The translations under genes were made by a program, and so were the position numbers. A stretch of 53,681 nucleotides of DNA, from NCBI GenBank assembly GCA_020632155.1, contig JACKGE010000003.1, positions 1-53,681 on the forward strand, in the 5' to 3' direction. The notes under the pieces were generated by a model. It was not told where the DNA came from and searched no databases. It worked only from the letters and a program-made list of their open reading frames with translations. This DNA is from Candidatus Nomurabacteria bacterium (GTDB lineage Bacteria > Patescibacteriota > Minisyncoccia > Phycocordibacterales > UBA918). Each line of letters opens with the position of its first letter. Positions within the stretch are counted from its first letter, which is position 1. This document shows, in pieces, positions 44,817 through 52,161 of this stretch.

Positions 44817-47318
44817 TTATTCTTGACGCCTTCTCTGCCTCTCCAAACCTTCACGTATGTCATTTGGAAACTCCAGCCCTGCCGCTTCTTCTTTGCCTGC
44901 AAGAAATAGTTCTAAAAAGACTTCCTCGGCTGTTCTCAATTGCATACCCCCAATATTGGAAAGGTATCTAATTAATTCACTCTCATGAGCCGGTTCCTCA
45001 TCGTCAAAGGGTTGTCGTATATCAGGAAAAACCCTCAGCCCTAGTTCAGCCATTTCATGATTAAATCTTTGTTGCCAAGCAGCTCTCAGGTATGCATCAG
45101 GCATTATTTTGAAAATATTGTGTCTGTAGATATGGATAGCAAGAATAAAACCTATAGCTGCGCGAGCATCAGGAATTGATTGAAAATATGTATTCCAAGC
45201 CGTCTCTACTACATTGCGTAATTCTTCGTTTGAATGGAGTTCGGAATATAAAATTGCGAAACCAGACAGTTCAAATAAGTTGACCAATGGCTCTGTTGAG
45301 TAAATAATTTTACTTTCCTCTTCTCCCCAAGCATCAATCTCATCCCGAGTTCTTTGTTGGTGGATAATAGACGCATTAAGTACTACCGGGAAAAGTCTCG
45401 CAAATCTTTCATGGTCATTGTCAGCGCAAGCCTCATAGCATTCCTCTATTCCAATTCGGAGTGCATGGCTGAAATAATCAGGCACCTCGTCCGTTGTAAC
45501 AAGTGTTTGAATTCGGGGAAGTAATAACACGAGAATCTCGGAAACAGTTTTTTCTTTACTGAGTGCCCAATCCAACTCTTCATCCATATTGAATTCTGGC
45601 CATGGTAGATCCAACAAAGTCTGATGTTCAGCGCATCTTTCCAATTCTGCACGAAATCGGTGTACCATACTTGTATATTTTTTTGTAAACTCCAACCATC
45701 TTTGTAAAAGTTGCACCGAATAACCATACTGTTCAAGTTCAATAAGCTTATTTACTGTTTTGTTGAAGTAACCTTGGTGTATGTTTTTAACAAACTCAAA
45801 GTACTCTTTGACTGCATATTGATGACGTTGTAATGAATAGGTTTTTTTGTACCACTCAGCTGTTATCAATTTACCTTCGATTTCAAACTCATTACTTAAC
45901 TCTGAAGCAAGAACCTCCATTCTTTCGATGGTTGCAATTGGGAAATCTGAAGTATAGACACTTTTTATCCCTTCTCGCCATTTAACTCTCTCAACTTTTC
46001 TCAAAAATATATTACCCGGTTCAGTATCTAAATATTTCGCAAACCCAAGTAAGAAAGACAGCGCTACCCTTCCTCTAGAGTCAACAAAAGCCATCTTTCC
46101 TTTAGTGACAGAATTTTGCTTATCTTTTTTAAGGCTTTCAAAAAAGTGCTCGTCAAGAATAAAGAAATCTTCAAATATCTTTTTTGCAGCTTCAACGTCG
46201 AGTCTTTCTCCGTAGAATTCTGGTATGGCAACTATTATTTCATGGTGACTATAGAGAACCTCAAAGTCTTCATTGTCAAAGTGGTTTTTAAGTAGAGCCA
46301 CAAACATTTTAGTTAATTGCTCTTCAAACCATGTGTGATTTATAACGGTTTTAGGGTTAATACTTGTTCCAGTTTCAATTGCTATGCGTTTCTCAATATC
46401 ATCAGCTAAAGCCCAGTTACCGTATTGATATTTAGTTTTAAACCAAAGACTTTTTGTTGGTATTCCTGACTTTAACCTTGAATACTCATAAAATAACCAA
46501 GCAAGGTAGCGCACTGCGACTCCAATTTCATGTGCGTTGAGTTTGACTTTATTTATACCGAAATCCAAGTATTTCTCCGCCAATTGAAAGGATTGCACTA
46601 CTTGTTGGCGGTGATAGTTTTGCAAAAAGTTTTTATTCCAAGAATTAGATGGAGGCCGAACACTTTTGACTGAGTCAGTTATCTTTTTTGTTATCCTTGG
46701 GAAGATTGTTGAAGGTTCTATGAAGTTATACACTTCACTGCTAACTTTCCAGAAGCGAAGAACAATATAGCTCACGCAAATTAACAGAAAAATCAAACTC
46801 GCTGGATGAGGTAGGTGACCAAGACTTTTGGCAACTAAAAGGTAGAGGGATAGAATGCCTGTAATCTCGATTGTTTTTACATATTGAACTCCATGTGGTG
46901 AAGTAAAAAAGTGATTTTTTACATCTTGGTCAGCATTTACGAGCAATGAACTGGCTATACTCGATATGGCAGTAAAATATAAACCAATGAAAACTCCAGC
47001 AATACTCGCAACTGCACCCAAAAAAGTATCGATTGCTTCACTTGAAATTGTTTCTGGGAGAGTAAATTGGTATACGAATATGTGGTAAGACTCTAGTACC
47101 GCAAAGATTACCACAGCATAGAGTGCCGAGAGTATGAAGCCTACCAAGGTAGAACGAAGTAGTCGAATGTCACTTTTTCGCTTGCGTTGCCTTTCATCTT
47201 CTAGGTGTGAATATTTCCAGAAAGCGAAATAAGGCACATTTAAAAACCAATTCTTAAATTGCCAGTAAATTTTCCTTCGCTGCAACCAGCTAATCAGGTT
47301 CGCTTTCATCACGGCCAT
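44817..47318 (-). CDS. Large membrane protein, 833 aa, with 4 N-terminal TMs (DUF2254-like) and a long helical domain
   Basis: Four hydrophobic segments in the first ~190 aa; AT-rich; TGA-TAAAAT 7 nt before the ATG. Confidence 0.75.
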   Translation of the reverse strand: MAVMKANLISWLQRRKIYWQFKNWFLNVPYFAFWKYSHLEDERQRKRKSDIRLLRSTLVGFILSALYAVVIFAVLESYHIFVYQFTLPETISSEAIDTFLGAVASIAGVFIGLYFTAISSIASSLLVNADQDVKNHFFTSPHGVQYVKTIEITGILSLYLLVAKSLGHLPHPASLIFLLICVSYIVLRFWKVSSEVYNFIEPSTIFPRITKKITDSVKSVRPPSNSWNKNFLQNYHRQQVVQSFQLAEKYLDFGINKVKLNAHEIGVAVRYLAWLFYEYSRLKSGIPTKSLWFKTKYQYGNWALADDIEKRIAIETGTSINPKTVINHTWFEEQLTKMFVALLKNHFDNEDFEVLYSHHEIIVAIPEFYGERLDVEAAKKIFEDFFILDEHFFESLKKDKQNSVTKGKMAFVDSRGRVALSFLLGFAKYLDTEPGNIFLRKVERVKWREGIKSVYTSDFPIATIERMEVLASELSNEFEIEGKLITAEWYKKTYSLQRHQYAVKEYFEFVKNIHQGYFNKTVNKLIELEQYGYSVQLLQRWLEFTKKYTSMVHRFRAELERCAEHQTLLDLPWPEFNMDEELDWALSKEKTVSEILVLLLPRIQTLVTTDEVPDYFSHALRIGIEECYEACADNDHERFARLFPVVLNASIIHQQRTRDEIDAWGEEESKIIYSTEPLVNLFELSGFAILYSELHSNEELRNVVETAWNTYFQSIPDARAAIGFILAIHIYRHNIFKIMPDAYLRAAWQQRFNHEMAELGLRVFPDIRQPFDDEEPAHESELIRYLSNIGGMQLRTAEEVFLELFLAGKEEAAGLEFPNDIREGLERQRRRQE

Positions 47319-47357
47319 TAAAGCGATTTTATCATTTTAGAGCTAAATTGGCTCTTT

Positions 47358-47525
47358 AGGAAAAACAGAAAAATAGGTCAGACACCTTTGTTTTGAGGAA
47401 AATGTGTTCTAAATTTAGATCTTAGTGTTCACCCCCTGGGTTTAACCTTGGGATACGAGAATGTTCAAAATCCTATGAAATATAGAAAAGCCGCCACCCC
47501 GTTGTGAGACGAAGCTTTGGCTTTT
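47358..47525. repeat. Composite repeat A
   Basis: ggtcagacacctttgttttgaggaaaatgtgt..., degenerate ccctgggtttaaccttggg palindrome, tail aatgttcaaaat...gaaaagcc...ggctttt shared with B. Confidence 0.85.
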
Positions 47526-47606
47526 CATCTCACCGAAGTGGCGATTAGCGATAGCGACCCGTGTAGTAGCAACCACTGTTGCCGATGCACACGCCGTTCT
47601 TGTAGT

Positions 47607-47780
47607 GAGGAAAATAGGGTCAGACACCTTTGTTTTGTAAGGAAAATAGGGTCAGACACCTTTGTTTTGAGGAAAATGTGTCCTAATTTATATCTTGGTG
47701 TGTTCCGCTAGGTGGAAAATGTTCAAAATTCTATGAAATATAGAAAAGCCACCACCCCGTGAGACGAAGCTTTGGCTTTT
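47607..47780. repeat. Composite repeat B (core doubled)
   Basis: 29-bp ggaaaatagggtcagacacctttgttttg at 47609 and 47641; tail nearly identical to A. Confidence 0.85.
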
Positions 47781-47947
47781 TGAGATTATTGGTATATATA
47801 AAACTAGTTTAAGTGACTAGTGTTTACAAGCATTGAACCATTACGAGATATTTGACATTATAAAAAAATATCGTATCTTTTTTGATGACAGCTTGGATTG
47901 TTCGCACCAAGTGTCTGATGATGATGAGCGAACATAGGAGAAGTACC

Positions 47948-48427
47948 TTGGAAGATGCACGTCAACCCCGTCAGTATAAAATATCGGTCTGCACTCGTAA
48001 CAATTTGCTCGTACTGAAAAGCGAATCGCCACTACTTGCGCAATCCCGGGCTGAAACTTTCGACTTCCCGCTGAGAGAATCCTCCAACCACGCCTTATCC
48101 AACACGACGGATTTCGGCGCCAATTTGGTCAAGCGTATCTGGGAGAAAGTCTCTGGCGCAACGAACGTTCGGCTTCTGTTGTATGAGGCCACTGCCAATC
48201 TCGGGGGTTTCTATGAACCAAGAAAGACCTTGGAGCAGATGGAGGAGATCCTCAAAAGCATATGCAATGATGCTTGGTTGTCGCCGACGATCACAACCGA
48301 AACAATCCCCTTCCTCTCACATGAAACGACAAGAGCCGTTCCTTATACACACCCCTTCGGAAGGCTTCCGCTTCGACTCCACGAGCAGCGACAACGCGGT
48401 CGTAAAAGGCTCGTGCTTGTGAGGTAA
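47948..48427 (+). CDS. Hypothetical protein, about 159 aa (TTG start)
   Basis: SD aggag 7 nt before an in-frame TTG at 47948, TTGACA at 47852, hairpins after the stop. Confidence 0.55.
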   Translation: MEDARQPRQYKISVCTRNNLLVLKSESPLLAQSRAETFDFPLRESSNHALSNTTDFGANLVKRIWEKVSGATNVRLLLYEATANLGGFYEPRKTLEQMEEILKSICNDAWLSPTITTETIPFLSHETTRAVPYTHPFGRLPLRLHEQRQRGRKRLVLVR

Positions 48428-48532
48428 TCGCAACGAGTTCAGAGGGCGGCAAACCGGCCGCCCTCATCCGCCATGCAAAGACTGCGTGGCGGTTTTTGTT
48501 ACTCAAAATAATTGAAAAACAGGTTGAAAACA

Positions 48533-48648
48533 GGGTCAGACACCTTTGTTTTGAGGAAAATGTGTCCTAATTTAGATTTTAGTGTTCACCCCTAGGTTAA
48601 ACCTAGGGATTCGATACCAGATTTTGAGTTTATAAAACAAAACCGCCG
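48533..48648. repeat. Composite repeat C
   Basis: 48533-48618 is identical (86 bp) to 49235-49320 and contains palindrome ccctaggtt-a-aacctaggg. Confidence 0.9.
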
Positions 48649-48649
48649 C

Positions 48650-49087
48650 TCATTTTAGAGCAGCGGCAAGCTTCATCACGTACTTTCTTTTTTTGGGCGG
48701 GAGCCTGTTGATGCTGAGCGGGATATTCAGTAAACCTTGCATATGAACGAGTGAGGCGACCTGTTTGAGTATCCTGTCTTTGCAATAGGAGTCACAGGCT
48801 TCTTGAATCATCCTGATATCATCAAGGCTTGGCACGATGTACTTTTCTGGAAAAATGTACCTGCAGATCAATATCCACCGAGCGAGCTCGTATCCCGGTT
48901 CGAGCCCTAGTGTGCCTTTTCCTTCCCTGGCACACTGTAACCGATACAGAATCAGGTTTTTTTCGTCCGCCGTTAAGCAGTTGGGAACACCAATACCACG
49001 TAACAATAGGGCTGCTCGCGCCACCAAATAGATGTTGTTGTTTTTTCGACCCTCTTCTAGGAGGGCAAAGAGTTGTGACTCTTTCAT
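48650..49087 (-). CDS. Hypothetical protein, 145 aa
   Basis: SD AGGAGGT before ATG 49087; promoter CTGACA-N16-TATTGT (49115-49142). Confidence 0.7.
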   Translation of the reverse strand: MKESQLFALLEEGRKNNNIYLVARAALLLRGIGVPNCLTADEKNLILYRLQCAREGKGTLGLEPGYELARWILICRYIFPEKYIVPSLDDIRMIQEACDSYCKDRILKQVASLVHMQGLLNIPLSINRLPPKKRKYVMKLAAALK

Positions 49088-49199
49088 CTTCACCTCCTAG
49101 GTTAAACCGAGGACACAATACCATAAAAGTATATTCTGTCAGCTTTGCAGAAATATAATCAACAAGAATTACAATTCCCTATTTGAGCTGTTTATCCTT

Positions 49200-49360
49200 A
49201 AGGAAAATTGGGTCAGACACCTTTAAGGAAAATTGGGTCAGACACCTTTGTTTTGAGGAAAATGTGTCCTAATTTAGATTTTAGTGTTCACCCCTAGGTT
49301 AAACCTAGGGATTCGATACCGGAGTTTGATTTTGAGTTTATAAAATGAAAGACCGCCCGA
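49200..49360. repeat. Composite repeat D (core doubled)
   Basis: Exact 25-bp tandem aaggaaaattgggtcagacaccttt x2 (49200-49249), then 86-bp identity with C and shared attttgagtttataaaa...accgcc. Confidence 0.9.
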
Positions 49361-49381
49361 AGGCGATCCCTCATGGCGGTA

Positions 49382-49837
49382 TTATTTCGAGCGACTGAAG
49401 TACATTGCTCCATGATCCTCGAGGAACGTGTCTTCGAGTTGGTCACTGACATTTTCTGGCACCATCATGACATAGGCCATGACAGCCGCCACTCTGAGGT
49501 CGTCAATCTGGAGTTTCGTGCGACGTTCGCGCTTTTGTGTGTGTTTGACCCGCCGCCTCACAAGCTCGATTAATCCTGCAACTGCGACGTCCATGCATTG
49601 GACTAGAACTTGATCAGCATAGTCAGTCTCGTCGGGATTCCAGTCGTAGGCTTCAATCAAGTCGTCGAACATAGGCTCACAGCACACCTTAATTATGTTG
49701 CGAGCTTTTTCTTCAACGACGACGTCTCCGGCTTTATCGCGAACACTCATCCACAGATCAAGGGCAAGTCGCAGGTGAATGGTGCCGTAGTCGTCGTCAT
49801 CGGTGATACGGATACCAAGGAACTTTTTATCGACCAT
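49382..49837 (-). CDS. Hypothetical helical protein, 151 aa
   Basis: SD AAGGAGG before the ATG; hairpin and T-rich tract after the stop. Confidence 0.75.
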   Translation of the reverse strand: MVDKKFLGIRITDDDDYGTIHLRLALDLWMSVRDKAGDVVVEEKARNIIKVCCEPMFDDLIEAYDWNPDETDYADQVLVQCMDVAVAGLIELVRRRVKHTQKRERRTKLQIDDLRVAAVMAYVMMVPENVSDQLEDTFLEDHGAMYFSRSK

Positions 49838-49949
49838 GGATGCCTCCTTCGATATGTGTACTGTAACCCCAGACTAGTTAATATTGCAAGCCGAACAGTT
49901 GACTTAGTTCGGTAGAATGAAGTTAAACGCCATTAAAAGCGATACTTTT

Positions 49950-50280
49950 GCTCCGGCGGCAGGAATTTCTTTCATTACATGAGCAGTATAGGTTTTCAAT
50001 ATTTCAAATCCAAGTATTCCTGAAATATTTGATTAACCTCCTAAAACAGTCCGTATGGACTGTTTTAGCCTGCGACCAATTGATTACGAGAATCATTTAT
50101 GCGCTCCGGCGGCAGAAATTTCGAAACTTACAGTTTCAGTACACCTTGTCAGTATTTTGTTTCCTTACGTTACAAAATACTAGGCAAGGTCTTCGAATCC
50201 TAACGAAACAGTCTCCCAGATTGTTTCTCCGGGGAGCTTATAACGCAAAAATGCCCTCATCGGGCATTTTTACTAACAAG
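49950..50280. repeat. tRNA-Asn trailer element with a split inverted 3'-end copy and two degenerate direct 3'-end copies
   Basis: ttcgaatccta (50192-50202) and ccggggagctt (50229-50239) flank hairpin aaacagtct-ccc-agattgttt. Direct copies gctccggcggca are at 50103 and 49950. Terminator at 50247-50271. Confidence 0.8.
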
Positions 50281-50352
50281 CTCCGCCGGTAGGATTCGAA
50301 CCTACGACCAATCGGTTAACAGCCGACTGCTCTACCGCTGAGCTACGGCGGA
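50281..50352 (-). tRNA. tRNA-Asn (anticodon GTT)
   Basis: TCCGCCG/CGGCGGA acceptor, gtcgg-CTGTTAA-ccgat, GGTTCGAATCC. CCA is not encoded. Confidence 0.96.
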
Positions 50353-50467
50353 ATGTGTATTTGTTACTCAACTACGTGAGTAGGCCCTATTTTACATATT
50401 TTAGGCAGACTTTCAATGTAGATAGTTATAAGTAGGCAAGATTATGTCTTACTAGAACCTGATTCAA

Positions 50468-51019
50468 TTATTGATACTGCTCCTGTAAATAGGTCTGTAG
50501 TTTCGTAGCTGCACGTGAACGCATAGTGTCATTTTGTTCTCCATTATGCTTCATCTCTGCCCAACTTTGAGTTGAACCATCAGGTATAAAAATGTTATTC
50601 CAACCAAAATCAGTCTCCCCTTGTGGTTTTAGCGCCACCGTTCCAATGCTTTCACCAGTGAAAAGTTTTACTCCATTTTCATCACATAGGGCCAAACAAA
50701 CGGTTGCGGTCACTGTACGATCTTCGTAGTCTGCCAAAAGTCGACACAAGCCCTCGCTACCGATTGCCTCCAAAAACCACTTAATAAATGGTCCCGGTAA
50801 TCCATTTAGTGCACGAAAACTAAGCGACGTGTCTTCAACCAGTACCGGCTTTTGTAAGAGGTTATATGCACGTAGCGCCTTATCTTTTGCCACCACTTCA
50901 ACATCAGGGTCTTGAATTTCGATAAGGTCAAGTGTCTGGTGTGCGAGTGGGTAATTGATTAGTTTTTGCAACTGCTCGGCTTTCTTGGGGTTACCGGTAA
51001 TCAGTGTAAGTTCTTTCAT
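50468..51019 (-). CDS. rdgB: Non-canonical purine NTP pyrophosphatase (RdgB/HAM1/ITPase)
   Basis: ITGNPKKAE, LVEDTSL, LNGLPGPFIKWF, FGWNNIF; start MKELTL at 51019. Confidence 0.9.
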   Translation of the reverse strand: MKELTLITGNPKKAEQLQKLINYPLAHQTLDLIEIQDPDVEVVAKDKALRAYNLLQKPVLVEDTSLSFRALNGLPGPFIKWFLEAIGSEGLCRLLADYEDRTVTATVCLALCDENGVKLFTGESIGTVALKPQGETDFGWNNIFIPDGSTQSWAEMKHNGEQNDTMRSRAATKLQTYLQEQYQ

Positions 51020-51045
51020 GTATTTAATATAGTACAATATTCACG

Positions 51046-51708
51046 ATGAAGGTACAGATAGAGCCGAGTTGGGAGGCCGTGCTAAAGAGCGAGTTTGAAA
51101 AGGAATACTTTAAAAAACTGGCTGAAACGGTGCGCGACGCCTACCTTAAAGGGCCGGTCTATCCCCCGCCCCAGCAGGTTTTTAATGCCTTTACGCTCTG
51201 CCCGTTTGATAACGTAAAAGTGGTCATTCTCGGCCAAGACCCATACCACGGACCGAACCAAGCGCACGGCCTCTCCTTCTCAGTTCCAGACGGTGTACAA
51301 ACGCCGCCATCGCTCCAGAACATCTATAAAGAAATACAGAGCGACATTGGTACGCCGGTACCAGCAAGCGGCAACTTAGAGCGTTGGGCACGGCAAGGAG
51401 TGCTACTCCTTAACGCCACACTCACGGTCTTACCGGCACAGGCCGGTTCGCACCAAGGCCTCGGCTGGGAGGAGTTTACTGACGCTGTCATCAAGACCAT
51501 TTCTGAGCACAAGGAGCACGTGGTCTTTATGCTCTGGGGTAGTTATGCGCGCAGTAAAGCGTCACTTATCGACTGGGAGAAACACTTGGTCCTTGAGGCA
51601 CCACACCCTTCTCCGCTTTCGGCCCACCGCGGTTTTTTGGGCTGCAAACATTTCAGCCAAGCGAATCAATATCTTAAAGAACACAAGCTAGAACCAGTCG
51701 AGTGGTGA
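51046..51708 (+). CDS. ung: Uracil-DNA glycosylase, family 1
   Basis: ILGQDPYH, GVLLLNATLTV, VFMLWG, HPSPLSA. Confidence 0.97.
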   Translation: MKVQIEPSWEAVLKSEFEKEYFKKLAETVRDAYLKGPVYPPPQQVFNAFTLCPFDNVKVVILGQDPYHGPNQAHGLSFSVPDGVQTPPSLQNIYKEIQSDIGTPVPASGNLERWARQGVLLLNATLTVLPAQAGSHQGLGWEEFTDAVIKTISEHKEHVVFMLWGSYARSKASLIDWEKHLVLEAPHPSPLSAHRGFLGCKHFSQANQYLKEHKLEPVEW

Positions 51709-51767
51709 CTTGCATTTTTATGTAAGTTGCGGTTTGCTTGAACGCAAATAGTACAGGGAGATAACAA

Positions 51768-52106
51768 ATGCGGATAGTATCCACTCAGGAACAACGAGCT
51801 TGTTTGCAGCAGGTGCTCGGACGGTTGTTTGAAGTCGGCCGTAGCAACTACCCTCTCAAGAAGAAGTTTCGCCGTCACTACGCTGACATGTTAACGGTCG
51901 AGCGCACTCTTGATGGAGGTGAAGCGCACCCCATTATTGTTCGCCTCGGACCAAAGCGAACCATCGAGCTAGTGCGTCCTGCAGGTAGTCGGCTAGAACT
52001 ACCCACTCTTGATCGGCTTCGCTGGTTATCATCACAGTTCCAAATTGTGCAGAAGCGGCAGGAGCTACCTGTTGCAAACTGGCGAGAGATGGTGGTGTTT
52101 GATTGA
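51768..52106 (+). CDS. Hypothetical protein, 112 aa
   Basis: SD gggag; terminator follows. Confidence 0.6.
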   Translation: MRIVSTQEQRACLQQVLGRLFEVGRSNYPLKKKFRRHYADMLTVERTLDGGEAHPIIVRLGPKRTIELVRPAGSRLELPTLDRLRWLSSQFQIVQKRQELPVANWREMVVFD

Positions 52107-52114
52107 CGAAGCAC

Positions 52115-52143
52115 AAAAACCGGCGTGGGGACGCGCCGGTTTT
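52115..52143. terminator. Bidirectional intrinsic terminator
   Basis: aaaaaccggcg-tgggacg-cgccggttttt between convergent genes. Confidence 0.8.
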
Positions 52144-52161
52144 CGATTTATGTATACCTAC

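Noticed and set aside
47314-47328. gccattaaagcgat resembles gccattaaaagcgat at about 49929
   Set aside because: A 14-15-bp AT-rich match with an indel is plausible by chance in 54 kb.
48558-48590. atgtgtcctaa-tttaga-ttttagtg as a dif/pdif XerCD site
   Set aside because: Only the TAA-N6-TT spacing fits. The XerD arm does not resemble TTATGTTAAAT, and copies A and B vary in the spacer.
48533-49320. Repeats C/D as integron attC sites (GTTAAAC fits GTTRRRY)
   Set aside because: The GTTAAAC is the centre of a 19-bp palindrome. There is no paired RYYYAAC...GTTRRRY spanning a longer stem on either strand, cassettes face both ways, and no intI is in the window.
43727-50280. Prophage
   Set aside because: Apart from the portal-like ORF there is no terminase, capsid, tail, lysis, replication or integrase gene.
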